Source: Nymphaea colorata (lineage: Eukaryota). From it: a stretch of 64,000 bases of DNA. The notes beneath the pieces were generated by a model. The model searched no databases. It saw only the letters and a list, made by a program, of their open reading frames with translations, and was not told where the DNA came from. The translations under genes were made by a program, and so were the position numbers. This document shows, piece by piece, positions 30,915-45,530 of this stretch (positions are counted from its first letter, which is position 1; every line of letters begins with the position of its first letter). Where the stretch lies: the NCBI RefSeq assembly GCF_008831285.2, contig NC_045138.2:23250001-23314000 (forward strand). The letters run 5' to 3'.

Positions 30915-33900
30915 TGATGCAACCCTACTCCTGTTCGGCCAGGATGGCCAAGAAGTGCCCAACAGCATGGGCATGATGATGCAAGGCTGGGCGGCTAGCC
31001 CCCACTTGGGCAAGAGGAAAACAACCTCTTCCTTTTTCTCAAAAGTTTTCCCTTGGGGATGGGCAAGACATTAAGACCTTCACCGAGAGGCGGTCAGAAT
31101 GACGGGTTGATCGTCTGCGCATAGCAGTCTACAAGAAGCACTTGCCCATGGACGTTGTTTCTCTTTAGCCGAAATAGTGGCCCATGCGGCATTGGACCCC
31201 AACCTCAGGTCAGGCATGGCCAATGCACCAAGAGGCCGTAGCCGAGAGGCGCGCACCCTTGGGTTGTGTCATTTAGAGCAGAAGGCCTACGCAGAGAACC
31301 CTTGTAGTTGAGAGGCATACAGCTGAGTCCCTTAGGACAACTAATGCCATTCCAAGCGCTTCAGGGACCCTAGTCATCGTAGCCGAGAGGCAGCAAAAGC
31401 AGGATCCAATGCTGCGGGGCCATGCAGAGCACAAGGAGTTTAGTGGTCGCAGACCTGCTGAGGGTTACTCGGTTCAGTGCCAGCAGAGGCTATCAGGCAT
31501 CATAGCAGTTGATGGATGACACCATGGCCAAGATGCCACTCCGGAGCATAGCATGCAAAAGGGGATCCATTGCAGCCCCACCGACACCTAAGGAGCAGGA
31601 GGCTCCCTCCTTATCACAGCCAGCCAAGGGCCGACCCAGCACCCACTCAACCAAGGATGCCCAAAAGTGAAGAGGTGTGCTGGGTTTGGTCAAGGACAAA
31701 CTGCACCAGCACGGGTTGGGCGAGCCTAAAGCCGCCAAACTGTCAGACATAATTTGAGCCTTCAAAATTCCAGATCAGGAGGGTCAGTAGGAGACCAGTC
31801 GAGTTGTGCAGGCCTTAACCTGTTGACTGTCAGACTCGATCCAAGCCCTCTATTGTCTTGGTCAAACTAGTCATCAGGACATGGACCTGACCTAGGTCTA
31901 GCTAGTTTCTCGCCCAGATTGTCTTTAAATAGTTAGCCATTAGGGTTAGGGTTTCATCTTATCATCGTTAATCATGTCGAGTTCATGTCAAGAAAGAGAT
32001 TAGGGTTTCTGTAGCTGTACAACGGCCGCATCGAGCGGCTAGCCGAGTTTCCCTTGCAATGAAAAGTCTAACGAATGATTGATGTTACGACTGTCTCCGA
32101 CATCGTTCTTTGGTGAGTAGCTGAAGTTCTTCCTTCCCCTCTTCATAGTGTAGACGTGGTTTATCTACATTTGAGGGTATGCTATGACGCCAAACACCCA
32201 ATGACACTCCAACAAGCAGCACCAGCATGATTCTCTGCTGCTATTTAGGCCTGTTTTGTGTAGCTATGGCATGGTTCTTTACAATTGCGTCGTTTGGACC
32301 AACATCAATTGAAAAAAATTGAACGTTCACCCACCGCAGCATTATTCCTCCACCTCCAGCGGTCTCCAAGACAGCCAAAACCATGCACAACTATAGAACC
32401 ATTCTGTCATATCCAAATAGACCCTTATTACATCAGTAGCAGGTAGAAATATGCTCCTAAATCCTTAAAAGGAGAATCGGCTAATTGTTCATCTCAAAGA
32501 AGCCAAACAGGACATCTCTATTCGGTGACCCATGTTGTCGAATCCAGCCATTGGGGTTCTCCAGCAAATGGCCTTACGTGACTGTAGACGTCTTTTTTAT
32601 TCCAAGCCCAGGCACGCGCGAATCCGATCAATATACCATTAGCAATGAGGTGATAAAGCAGCTCCATTCTGTCGGTGGTGAAAGGCCCACGTCCGACCGG
32701 CTCCAGTGCCGAAAGAGTTTCTACTTTCCTGCTATTATCAGCTGATCAATTCCATTGATTGATCCCTGTCCGGTAAATAGATTTACTTCTAACCCTATCT
32801 TGATCTCATGTTGTTTTAGAATGATAACAGCTGCTTTCGTGGTTATATGTTGAGTTCATGTGAGGCCGAATAAGTCACACATCCTAGCCACGCACCCTAG
32901 GCATCTATCTGTGGGAGAAAGAACTTGGGTTTGCTCCTGAGTGCATTTCCAATAGACCCAAAGCAAGAACCACTAGTTCAGACCAAGAACGGACAACGAG
33001 GAGGTAAGGGAGCTTCTGTCAGTTGTATGGACATTTCCGACATACTCCAGTGAGACTCAGTCCCCTCCTTAGTTCGGCATCCTGGTCTCTCAACTGTAGC
33101 ACCTACGCAAGGCGGACTTCAGCTACCCAATTCTCTCATAAGGCTGATGTTGTTGACCACCGAAGAGGGATGTACAACAGCAGGGCCAACCCTACTGGGA
33201 GAGCTAGACAGCCCATCGTGCCCCGTCGGACCTTGCGCAGCAGGTAGGCTAGACAACTTAGGGCATTTCTCGGATCTACGACTCTCTGCCAACCCTTGGC
33301 CAAGTACAGGACCTATCCCAAGCGTGGCCCTGGGAGGTAATCTTCTTCATACACCCTATAGATTGGGGAGGGTGCACATGTTAAGCCTACGGCCATTTAC
33401 CAGTGTAGGAGAACCCTCGGTGTGCTCCAAGCTTCCGAGCACAGCCCCCGACTAAGGGAGCCCAAAGAAGCTTGTCCTATTGGAAATAGGGTGTTTTCTC
33501 TATGTGTAGGACATGTATGTCAATGTGATTGAGCCAGCTATGGGCATTGTGTGAGCTATGAGAGATTAATTTGTGCATCGTGCGCGCTTTGTAATTATTA
33601 AAGCTTCTCCGCCCACATAAAATCTATGCATGTTTGGCTAGGTTTGAATCTGGGTAACGACTTGTACTCATCCCAAGAACTAACTAAAGAATCGGGGTCT
33701 TGTCTGGCTTGGGTTCAAGCTATAAGGGAGTTAACTTCCCCAGATTTGTGCCGACATCCAGCGAAGGTCTAGACTTAGTGTTCTGCTCGACAGTTGAGGT
33801 AGTACTCCCAGTCAGTAGGGCACACTAGTAGTTATATCAAAGCCACTGTTAGTTTTCTATCGACACATACATGATAGTGCAATGAAAGACAGGCACAGTT

Positions 33901-34043
33901 TGAAGCAGAGATCGAAAAACTGTATGGGTCTACAAACCTCCAATAGGTCTAAAAATTGGTAGCGTTTCACATAAAAATTAAGGCAACCATGTCTGGCGGA
34001 TCCAATGATTAAATCTGAAAGTAAATTTGAAACCCTCTGGTTG

Positions 34044-37000
34044 TTCCCTTGTGTCGTGTTTGTACAGTCATCCTTTGCTTTCATTGTATTTGCTTTGTTT
34101 ATGTTGAGTCTTGGTGTAAGCTCGAATATTTACCTATGTCGGAGCACCCTCCCAAAATCGGCCTCAAGTGTAAGATTGAGATTCTTTGTTTTGGATGGTC
34201 GGCATGAGAATTTTGTAAGTGGCTTCGGCCATCCTTTGTAAGTAAAGTGTAAAGCTTGCTTGCTTTTTCCTGTGATGTACTCAACTGTTTAAGTGAATAT
34301 ATTGCGAGTTTTCTTTCCACACTCTTTATGTATTTTGTGTCTTGAGTTTTTAAAAAGGCATTCAAGTGATCTGCGCTCACTTGAACAAGGCAAAAGCTTA
34401 CGACTTACTGGCGAGAGTTTGCCGCGTCGCATAGTCTGGAGGAGTCGGCCCGTGACAACTAGTATCAGAGCCCAGATTCTGCTTAATCTGGATAAGCGAT
34501 TGGAGAGTCGGTGTAGAGCTTTACACCGGCTTGCTGTTGTTGAGGAGGACGCTATGGCATCACAATACAATCTGTGAGGTGTCAAAGGCAAGGAGGCGAC
34601 CGGTCTAGAGGAGACAAGCTCAGCCCATGACCAAGGAAACTTGGTGGAGACGGTGAATCGATTGGTCGTAGATGTGGCCACCAATGAGGAAGCCATTGGC
34701 TTTGCTGCCGAAACCTTTGAAGGATTCAAGGAGGAGATGAAGTTGATGCGGGAATAGATGGTCAAGTCAATGGCCATGAAACGATCGCTCTTTGACTTGG
34801 TGAGGACCCTACAGGATGAAGTCGTTGGACTTCGGGCTTCAAACCAGAGATTGCTACGCACTAACTCCGCCAGTAGTAGTCAAGAGAGGATCGGTCGACA
34901 TTCAATGTCGGCAAAGTACAATGGTAGCTGAGATGCCAGGGCGATCGATAACTTTCTGTTCTAAGTAAACAACCATCTGGACTTGCAGAATATAGTAGAA
35001 GAAGACTTGAAGATCAAGACCGCAGTGATGTTGTTAAAGGGAGATACTGTAGCTTGGTGCAGGCAGAAAATGTTGGACACTGAGAATGGGGACTACATAA
35101 TTAGGCCCTTCGACGACTTTCGTAAGCAGTTAAAGGGATACTTCATGCATGTGGATGCTGAAAGGCATGCTTATCGGTTGGTTGCGAACTTAAAGCATAC
35201 AGGTTTCTAGAGAGATTATGTCAGAGCCTACTAAAAGGTCATGTTGAACATGCGTATGATGCTAGGAAAAGATAAACTTCACTGGTTCATCATAGGGTTT
35301 TCCAATCTTGGGCCCAAGCCGATGTGGAGAGATTGAATCCAGAGACTTTGGATCAAGCACATGTGGCAGTTGAGCACTTGGCCGACACCCAAGGAAAAAG
35401 CTACACTGATATCTTCAAGTCTACGAAGAAATCCGACCACGGTGGTAAGAAAGAAGAATGGCTGGATAACAAAAACGAATCGGTGTCCCAGAAGCCAGCC
35501 AAGAGAAAACCCTTCTTTCACAAAGACTACACTAGGCCACCAAGAGAAGTGACTTGTTAAGTCTGCAAATGAAGGCACCAGGCGTGCGTCTGCCCGAAAC
35601 GTGTGAGACCTACCAGGCAGGCCAATGTTGTGAGGGCCACCAAAGGCGAGAACAAAGAAGGGCAAACACATATGGGTGCCGCCCAAACGATCAATGTTGT
35701 CCAAAGTTGTGCAGTGTCTAGCAATATGGTGAATAAGGAGATGATGTACCTAGATGTCACTCTGAATGAAATGTCTACAGTTGCAATGGTAGACTCCGAG
35801 ACAACACATAACATCATCTCAAGAGAGGAGGTGGAGCGAGTGGGATTGAAGCTTGTGTCGCAATAGAGGACCCCTAAAACGGTGAACTCTGAAGCTAGGC
35901 CCATCCTAGGAGAAGCGAATGATTTAACGGTTCAAATTGAAGGTTGGACGGGAGTCACCAACATCTCCATAATACCCCTGGATGATTTCAAAGTGATTCT
36001 TGGGATGGAGTTCCTTAGATGTCAGAATGCAATGATGTTGCCGAAGTTCAACACCTTGACATTGATGGGTGCAGATCAGTCTCATACAGTACATTGTCAC
36101 TCCACCAAAAGCAAGTCTCAGTCGACGCTATCTGCGATGCAACTAAGAAGGGTGTGCATCGTGGGGAACAAACATTCCTCGTAGTTGTACGTCTACAAGA
36201 AGATGACCCCAGTCGAGTCATTCCCCCAGGGCTAACCCCTGTCCTGAAGCAGTTCAAGAGAGTGATGCACCCCCGAGTTGCCCAAACGCCTACGTGGATT
36301 ACCGGCTGAGACTTGCTCGACCAGTTGGGCAAGGCGAGGATCTTTTCGAAGCTAGACCTTCGTTTCGGCTACTGGCTAGTCAGAATCGTAGAAGCTGATG
36401 AATCGAAAACAACTTGCATCACCCGCTATGGAGCATATGAGTTCTTAGTCTTGCCATGCGAGTTGACGAATGCCCTCGCAACTTTCTCGACTCTCATGAA
36501 CAAGATATTCTATCCCTACCTTGACAAGTTTCTGGTAGTCTACTTGATGACATTGTGGTCTTTAGTAGCAACCTAGAGGAGCACGTTAGTCGCTTAAGGA
36601 TGGTGTTCCAGGTACTCAAAGAAAATGATGTTTATGTGAAAAATGAGAAGTGCCTCTTTGGCCAAAGAGAGATCAGTTTCCTCCGCTATATTGTAGGAAA
36701 TGGCCAGCTGCGAATGGACCCTGAGAAAGTGAAAGCTGTCCAAGACTAGAAGCCGCCCATAAATGTGCCTGAATTATGGTCCTTTCTTGGGTTGGCCAAT
36801 AACTATCGGCGGCTCATCACGGGGTACTCATTGGTAGCGGCGCCCCTCACTGACCTACTAAAAAAGAATCGATTCTAGATTTGGACTCAGTCTGCCCAAG
36901 ATGCCATTGAAGGCCTGAAGCATGCCCTTGTACAAGAGTCAATTTTCAGATTGCTAGATCACTTAAAGCCCTTTGAAATACACACAGATGCCTCAGATTT

Positions 37001-38852
37001 TGCCATCGGTGGTGTAATAATGCAGGAAGGTCATTCGATCGTCTATGAGAGCCAGAAGTTGAATGACCCTGGGAGGCGGTACACAGTGCATGAACGGGAA
37101 ATGTCTGCCATTGTGCATTACTTGCGTATATGGAGGCATTACCTACTGGGGGCAGAGTTTGTCATCAAGACAGATAATGTAGCTACAAGTTACTTCAAGA
37201 CTCAGAAGAAGTTAACTCCAAAGCAGGTTGGCAAGAATTCTTTGAGGAGTTTGGTTTCGCTTTAGAGTACAAGGTTGGTAAGACCAATGGAGTAGCGAAT
37301 GCGTTGAGTCGAAAGGCAGAACTTGCAGTGTCTCTAATGGGGACCTCCGAAGCCCAATTGGAGGGTGCGCTCCTCAAGCGGGTTCGTGAATGAATGTAGC
37401 AAGACTCATTGGCCCAACACTTAGTTGCCTTGGCCGAAGCGGGGAAGACTCGAAGATTTTGGCTACGAGAAGGATTCATCCTCACCAAGGGCAAATAAAT
37501 TTTCGTGCCAAAGTGGGGTAATATCCGGCGAGAGCTAACAAAGGAGTGTCAGGATATGCTTTGGGCTGGGCATCCAGGCCATGAGCAGACTCTGGCCCTT
37601 CTCGAACGAGGGTATTATTGGTCCCAAATGCGCGACGATGTAGAGGCATATGTGAAAACTTGCCTCATCTGCCAGCAGGACAAGGGGAGTAACCAGAAGC
37701 CTGCCGGCCTGCTCGAGCCTCTTCCTGTTCTGGAATGTCCGTAGGAGTCCATCTCCATGGACTTCATTGTGAGTCTACCCAGAGTTGATGGCTACAACTC
37801 TATCTTCGTTGTTGTGGATAGGTTTTTTAAGTATGCCACGTTCATCCCAACTACGAAGGAGAGCTCAACGGAGATGTTTGTGAAAAATATCGTGAAGTAT
37901 TGGGGTGTGCCGAAGAGTATTGTGAGTGATCGCGATGTTCGTTTGCCAAGTTTTGGCACCAAGTGTTTCAATTACTTGGCTCATACTTGTTGTTTTCCAC
38001 AAGCTTCTACCTGCAAACTAAGGGCCAGATCGAACGCATCAATGCCTTGTTGGAACAATACCTGTGGCACTTTGTCAGCACCAACCAAAAAAACAAGGTA
38101 AAGTTGCTCGATGTTGCCCAATTCTGTTACAATCTGTAGAAAAGGGAGTCTTCAAGCCACAGCCTCTTCGAAGTAGCCACCGTATAGCAACCATTGATAC
38201 CTCACACTCTTGCTACCCAAGAGAATGGAAGACCCAGCTTCGCCTACCAGTTCATCAGGGACTGACATGAACAGACAGAGGTACCTAAGGTGTTCTTGCA
38301 CAAGGCCACAAAAAAGATGAAGACCAGCCAACATGGAAGTATGTCTTTCATTTGAAGCGAAACCATCTAGAAGAAGTCATGATCTACCACAAAGCTGCTA
38401 GCGCAGAGGATGACGCTTGATTTGAAGGGGGGTATCTCTTCCCTTGTGTCATGTCTGTGCAGTCATCCTTTACTTTCGTTGTATTTGCTTTGTTTATGTT
38501 GAGTATTGGTGTAAGTTCAAATGTTCACCTGTGTCGGATCACCCTCCCAAAACTGGTCCCAAGTGTAAGATTGAGATTCCTTGTTTTGGATGGTCAACAT
38601 GAGAATTTTGTAAGTGGCTTCAGTCATCCTTTGTAAGTAAAGTGTAAAGCTTGTTTGTTTTCCCTCGTGATGTACTCAACTGTTTAAGTGAATATATCAC
38701 AAGTTTTCTTTCCACACGCTTTGTGTATTTTGTGTCTTTGAGTTTTCAAAAAAACGTTCAAGTGATTTGTGCCCACTTGAACAAGGCAAAGGCTTGCGGC
38801 TTACTACGAGAGTTTGCCGCGCCGCATGGTCCGAAGGAGTCAGCCCGTGACA
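34044..38852 (+). mobile_element. Ty3/gypsy chromovirus (Galadriel-like) LTR retrotransposon, decayed, nested in the previous element
   Basis: LTRs ~34044-34457 and ~38439-38852 both end CCCGTGACA. PBS TAGTATCAGAGCC (tRNA-iMet type) at 34460; purine tract GAAGGGGGG at ~38424-38432. Domain order gag-PR-RT-RH-INT. 5' boundary uncertain. Confidence 0.92.
34555..38420 (+). pseudogene. gag-pol pseudogene of the Galadriel-like element
   Basis: gag (KIKTAVMLLKGDTVAW), protease (AMVDSETTHNII), RT (LDQLGKARIFSKLDLR; YGAYEFLVLP; YLDKFLVVYL), RNase H (HTDASDFAIGG; WRHYLLG), integrase (WAGHPG...CLICQQDK; SMDFIVSLP); many stops and frameshifts. Confidence 0.9.
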
Positions 38853-41800
38853 TCGGTAGACCTAAGGAAAAGTGCAGGGTAGTAGTTAGAAGAAGTGAAC
38901 CATTAGCTTCACGTGATTAGTGTTTAGGTCTTGTCGGATTAGTGATGACCCTAACGCAGCATAAGGGTTGTAGCTAGCACGCATTGTGCTGCTGAGCGGT
39001 GACTGAGTCTGAGGCTTGTTGCTGAGGCACTTGGAAAGCACGACAAGTGGGTCCCCATTAAGACTCGGGTAAGGACAAAGTTTGCTACCGAGGCGCTAGG
39101 CGGGGGCGGCAGTAGGTGATTCCCATATGCCTCTGGTAATTAGAAGGCCGATCCCATGCTTGTTCACATCTTTGTAGACAGGCACCCAACCATCGATGAC
39201 AAGAGGGCATGGTGATATGAGGCCGAAGGACTGTCCCTACAGTTTAGACCATGTTCCGCAAAACAATTCTGACTAGGTTACAGTCTGCTCCCGAAATTCA
39301 TTTATTGTTTCATGCACGATAGGATCATAACTAAATTTGGGGCCTAGCATTACCCATGGAATCCTTGAGAGACAGATTTGGAAAATGGACCTACCTTGAG
39401 GCGTGCTAGTATTGAGTGTGTTGGAGACCCCCTTTTCCATCCATAGATGAACATTTGAAACTAAGAAGACTAGTAGGAAGAAAGGTGGGAAATAAGTACT
39501 CGATGGATAACGCTGGACCGATTGGGAAAAATGAATACTACCTCGCAGTGCCTAGGCAGAGAAATCTGGAAAGGTGCCAATAACAAGAAATAGGGGCCGC
39601 CTTAGGCAACCTAAGTTTGGACCTTCTCACGGCCACCGCCGGAGACAACTTGAGGTTGGATCCTCACAGCCCGCCCAGTCTAGGTGTGGTCGTGCTCAAT
39701 AGTATCTGTTTGCCTATGGCCGACCAAGTAGCTTGATAGGAAAGAGCTAAAAGCGTATAAAAAAATATTCCAAGGGATAGAATAGCAGGTTGGGGCCAAG
39801 TAGCATCACCTGGCAGGGTAAGGACGATCCCTTATGTACCTTGATAAGATGGGAGTCGTAATTCCTTGAGGGATTACTATGACCGGCATGAGTGGACCAG
39901 TTGTAAGGACATAAGGTATGATTCTCGTATCCACAAGGGCGTGCCCATGGCACGTACTCAGACTTGTATAAACAGGGCACAGTAAGTCTGCCAGTAGGCT
40001 GTCAGCACATGGAAGCATGCACTGAGGATGAGGCTTGGCCCTGTGGAGTCTCACGTGGGAGAGGCTGGACTGACTTGGTCAAGGCTGCTCGCCACACTAA
40101 CCAAGAATCAGCAAGGTATCGACATAGACCTACTTACGATGCAGTTGAAACCTAGTTGTATGAGGACTGGCATAGCAATGGCTACACCAAGGCATCCTGC
40201 TCCACCCTCGATGGTGCATCTAGCAGCTTGGGGCACCATAGCTCCAAATCCATACCTTGAGAGGTGCAAGTTGGAGGTGTGCTTTACACAAGCAAAGATA
40301 TCACATGCCAAGGTAGCGTGGGCATGCACATAATAGACTCCCATAGTAGGGAGCAGAGTTTGGCATACGAGCAAACATGACAGCCCTCTCGACACACGTC
40401 TATCCTAGGTGATGAACCCAAGGAAGGGACCTTCCCGCTCCTACAGGGCATAAGAACACATGGACAAGGGAAGAATTTAAGATGCATGCCAAGAATGACA
40501 CCCCCTGCTCAACCTCGAAGCTCCAACATTATGATTGGTTTGTTGAGCGGAGTGCCATGTGTGTCTCCTTGAAGAGCATATGCAATGAAGAAACAGTCCA
40601 AAGTGTCCAACACCCCTACACAATTGAATGTATGATCCATAAGACCCTCACAACAAGGAGACATGGGTGAGACGGCTGAAGTACACGATCAACCTGAACA
40701 TGAGAAGCCCGAGGCTATGGCAGATCTTGAACGTGAAGAAACTCAAGCGAGGGGCAATGCTCGAAGGCCTATGCTGGCCCCACCCACCGAGACTAGTGAC
40801 TCCCTTTAAACTGGGCGGTTCGACTAGCAATTAGATCCCTCATTGGCCATCCTAGCCCCATCAATATGGGAAATAACTTACCAAGAAAGAGAAGATAGTG
40901 TCAAACGGAGCAAGTGCTTTAAGTGTAACATGAAATGAGAATTCATGGACAAATGTGAGCAGTCTCATAACCTTGAGAAGGAAGGTGAGGGTGAATCTGT
41001 TGCGTCTACCATCAGCTATCTAGCCATGCATGAGTCAGTCACCAAACAGCTCCTGGTCTCCACCTCTGTCACACATCGAGATGTTAGAGAGGCGGCCACC
41101 AAAAAGGTCCTAGCCATTGTCCTCACTTCCACGAGAACGTCCACTACCAGTGCATTGTGAGTAAGAGGCTACATCGGCACGATAGGTGTGGTGTTGCTCG
41201 TTGAAAGCGGATCTGCCTAAAGCCTCATGAGCCATCAAGTTGCCCGCATGGTCGGGTATAGAATCAAGGACTACCCTTCACTCGATGTGGGATTGGGGGG
41301 CGGCACTAGAGGAGTGTATTGTGCAATGTGCAAGGATTTGGAGATTATGCCCGAGTTGATAGAATCTGAACCTGGAGAAAAGATTGGTGGTGGCCATCAA
41401 GAACAGCTGGGGTTGACCAAGGGCAGCAGCAAGGCCCTCGGGAAACAAGGCCCACGGCCCTCCAACTGATTAGTCACACACCTTCCCAGGGTGGGTGACC
41501 AGCACCCTATCAGAAAGGAGTGCACCATGAGCAAACACCACATAGGTCGGTCGGTTCTCACTCTAGACAGCCCGAGAAAGGTGGGCAGCCCATTGCCCCG
41601 AACAAGAGAGGGCACATGACAAAACTTTACCAAGAAGTTACCCACTTCCGCTTAGAAGTCTGCCACTTTAGGATACCGCTGCATGGGAAGAGCTCTATGT
41701 AGCCCAATCGGAGTAGACAGGGGTATCTCGAGAAGGAGGTGGATCTGATGCAATGCTACCCCTGGCCAGCCAGGATGGTCGAGAAGTGGCTGGCAACAGG

Positions 41801-44464
41801 GGCACAATGAGGCAAAGCCGGGCAGCTGGCCATAGCCCGGGCAAGAGGAAACGACCTCTCCTTCTTTCCCAAAGGTTTTACCCCGCATGCAAGAGAGGCT
41901 GAGGGGATGGGCAAGACGTTAAGACTTTTGCCGAGAAGCGGTTGGCCGGGTAGATCGTCTGCACCTGGCAGGCTACAAGAAGCACCTACCCATGGCTGTT
42001 GTTTCCCTTCAGCCGAGACAGTGGCCCATGCGGCCCTTGGCCCCAATCTTAGGCCAGGCATGGCCGGGGAACCAAGTGGGCATAACTAGACTTGCACAGC
42101 AGGCTGGCCAAAATGTCTGCAACCTGAGTCCCTGGCGTAGCCCAGTTACAATAAAAAAATATTTTTTAGAATAAAAAATATTTTTTTTAATATAAAACAT
42201 ATGTTTAATAATAAAAGTATTAAATGCCAATAGAGGCTGCAAGGCATAGCAGTAGCCGATAGACGACACTGTAGTCAAGACGCCACACTGGAGCACAACA
42301 CGCACAAGGGGCTGTCACAGCAGCCCCACCGACACGTACAAGAGCAAAAGGCTCACTCCTTAGCAGAGCCAGCAAGGCCGACCCAGCCAACGGCAGCCCG
42401 ATGCGCACTCAGCCGAGGACGCCCAGAAGTGAAGAGGTGCACTAGGTTTGGTTAAGGACAAACCAGCGCACTAATTTGGGTTGCGCGAGCCTAAACCTAC
42501 CAAACTGTTATGCCCGATTCATTCAGAGGTCTGGATCAGGTGGGTAAGCAGGAGACCAGTATTTGTTCTAAGTTATTGGTGCGTCAACTTCTTATGCTAC
42601 AAAAGAGAGAGGGGAGGAAAAGCATAGAAGAGGTAACATCCTAAAGGGATGGGAGAAATGATGGGCCTTAGGTTCTTTTAAAATGAAATATTTGTCATGC
42701 TCACTCATTTAAGATATCTCATCTCATGGCTTACCTCCTTTCCTTTATTTGTTTTCAACCTCCCACCTGTCTGAGCCTGCTAATTCCTATTATTGGCCTT
42801 GATTTAAAGAAAACCACAATCCATTTCTTACATGACCATGAAAAATAGGCAAATAAGTACAAAAGGTAATGCTAATAGAATTATTGGTCAAACATGACAA
42901 AAGTAGCTATTATGATATTGTTAGAATATGACTTGATTTGTTTTCCCTACATATAAAAGAGGTAGATAACAACTTTGTTTCTATCTCCAAGGACATTGGT
43001 GCAATGGCCAGGCCAGGGGTTGGTAGGTGGTCAGTCTCCGTTTTGATCTCCCAAGACATCAACCCATTGTGCTGCAATTGGGGAGTACTCGTATGCAAAT
43101 AGTATATAGCAGGATGCCTCCTTGGTGGGGGGAGGGGTTGGGGGGCTTTGGCCTTCACCCAGTTTCTTGATCAAACAGTTGTAGTGTAAACAATGCTGGA
43201 ACGCGACATTTTGGCTGAGGAGTACTCACCATATATTTGAGGGGCATTATATATAAATATGGAAGAATTTTTGGTGGATAGTGTGGGCAATTGGCTACAC
43301 ATGCCCATCTGTGTATGCACCCCTAAGTGCGACAACAAGAGTGAACATCTATTTAATCTTTGTGTGTGTTTGTACATGAGAGATAGAGAGATCACTTGAT
43401 AAAATAGTTCTTGCCCATAGAACAAGGAAGCACAAAAGCACGTGGAACACCATTTTAGTCTTCTTGGTATGTTTGTGTGTGAGAAAAGGGGGAGCAGGCC
43501 TACCAGGCCTACCCAAAGGCAGAAATGAGCCAGAAAGTTTTTACGAAGGTCAAATTATAATTTTAAATTTTTAACAAAAGACGAAATATATTTTTTCAAA
43601 ACTTTTATGTAGGATAAATATAATTTTTTTAAATTTACAAAAAAATTAAAAAAAAAATTGAGGGAGGTGGGCCAGATGTCCACAGGGCACAATAGCTACA
43701 TCAGTCCAACCTACTATGCTCAACATAAAAAGGTAGAAGAAGAAAATATATTACGTATCAAATATATTTTCAAGTTTAATAAAAAAAGTCTTTATCTTCG
43801 CCTGGCCATCCACTTTTCGGAAGTCTTTTTTTTTTAATAGGTTCAATTATAATGATGTGCTTCGTATGATGTCTAGATTCAAAATATAATGAAAATTTAA
43901 GATACGTTCTGGTGAAAATTTAACGTACATAAATTCACACACTGACAAGTTAGTTGATGTAAACATTACGCCAAGAAATATAAGGACTATAAGCACCAAT
44001 ATAGGCCACCTTGGGGATTGAACTTGTGATGTGGCTGACCATATGAAGTGCAAGGGTTATAAAAACGAGAGCTATAATCCTCGTGAAAAGAAATTGGGTG
44101 GCGTTTGCTTTCAGATCATCGGTGATGTGAGATCACCACAGATTTTTAGATTTACCGTTTTGAGGTCTGATCCGCACATCCTTTGGATCACAAATCTACG
44201 CCTTTTACACTATCGCGTGATTTGAGAACCATGTTTGGGATTTCAGCTATCGAGGATTTTCGATCCTTTCAGGTCCAGGAGAAATCAAAACCATGGACTT
44301 ACATCTTTGTCTTTTTAGCCCACGTGGGCTACACCTTTATTTAATGAGCGGTCTCGTTAGTTAGATTTATTTCTCTGTCGTTCTCTCTCATCAAGTGATC
44401 CATAGCCCAATTGGTCCCGGTTAAGTAGCATGTTGTAGCCACGTCTTTAATTAGAATGTGATTT

Positions 44465-44743
44465 TGATGGTCTTTAAAAATAGTGTTGATATCGAAATTA
44501 TAGGTATTATTATGAGGTTAAGTAGACCGGTTCTTGTTTCTATTTTTTTTATTTTCATCCTTTATTTGTCTCTTTTTTTCTCTCTACAAAACTCTTGTCT
44601 CGTTGATGGTATTTAGAAGTAGTGTTGATATTGAAATTATAGGTGGTGTTATTATGAGACCAAGTAAACCGGTTCTTGTTCCCATCTTCTTTATTTTCAT
44701 CCTTTATCTGTCTCTCTTTTCCTCTCTATAAAACTCTTGCCTC
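44465..44743. repeat. ~139-bp tandem duplication upstream of copy C
   Basis: Two diverged copies of 'gatggt...tagtgttgatat(c/t)gaaattataggt...accggttcttgtt...aaaactcttg'. Confidence 0.8.
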
Positions 44744-45530
44744 ACTGAACATATTTGCGAGACTTTCTTTCATCTTGGACAAACATATAACAAACATATT
44801 TCTTTCCTTTCTGGTTTATTGTCAAGTATTATGAGTTTCTGACATAAATGTTCCATCTATGCATTCAGTTTTACGAAAAACACTCGTATGTATATGAATT
44901 TTTATATACTTAGTTTTGTTTCGCCTCAAGGAATGTATCGTTATTTATACTTATGTGGATGCTACTTTTCTATACTTTAAAAAGTGGAATTATCCTAAGT
45001 TAAAAAAATGTAACATACCCGTCCTATGGAGCTCAACAGACTACAAGCACGAGAAACTTCTATCTTTTTATTTTTTCTTACTGTATATTTTTTACGTGCA
45101 CATATGCAACAAATCGATCTCAGAATAGTCTCGGAATAGTACGTGACGAGAGGAAACTCCCGTCGGAATAGTACATGACGAGAGAAAAGTCTCGTCTAAG
45201 TTGGAATCGATAGGGAGGAGCTTCGCCCGCAGTACCGCCGATCAGTGATCTCCGAGAGAAAGATCGGAGACAGAGAGATAGAAACAGAGAGCCACCACCT
45301 TGACCAATTAAAGTCAGAACCCGGAGAAAAAGAGGGAGGAAGAGCAATATCACCTTGACCATTTAAGGCATGAATTGTGAGAAGGTAAGCGAGAGACAGA
45401 GAGAGGGATCCTTTCCCAAGAAGGAGTTGAAGATTTCTTCTCTCGTGGTGAAGAGGCTGTCGATCAGGGGAAGTAATCTCCGATCAGCTCTCCGTTGGTA
45501 GGTGTATTTAAAGAGCCTCGACGGGGGGAG

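Larger units (their letters stand above)
30915..42559 (+). mobile_element. Degenerate, internally deleted chromovirus-type Ty3/gypsy LTR retrotransposon (host of the nested element)
   Basis: Direct repeats starting TGATGCAA at 30915 and 41746 align through 'ggagaccagt' (31799/42559). Purine tract AGAAGGAGGTGG precedes 41746. Relics of a zinc knuckle (KCFKCN, ~40910), a protease (LLVESGSA*SLMSHQVA, ~41190-41250) and a chromodomain-like SLPL*DTAAWEEL (~41657-41695). Confidence 0.7.

Noticed and set aside
32110..33845. Unassigned sequence inside the outer chromovirus (possible LINE relic and possible LTR end with degenerate PBS 'tatatcaaagcc' at ~33833)
   Set aside because: Motifs too degraded to fix identity or boundaries.
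42560..43490. Unique segment with minus-strand ORFs 42910-43158 and 43171-43425
   Set aside because: No recognisable domain or consistent exon structure.
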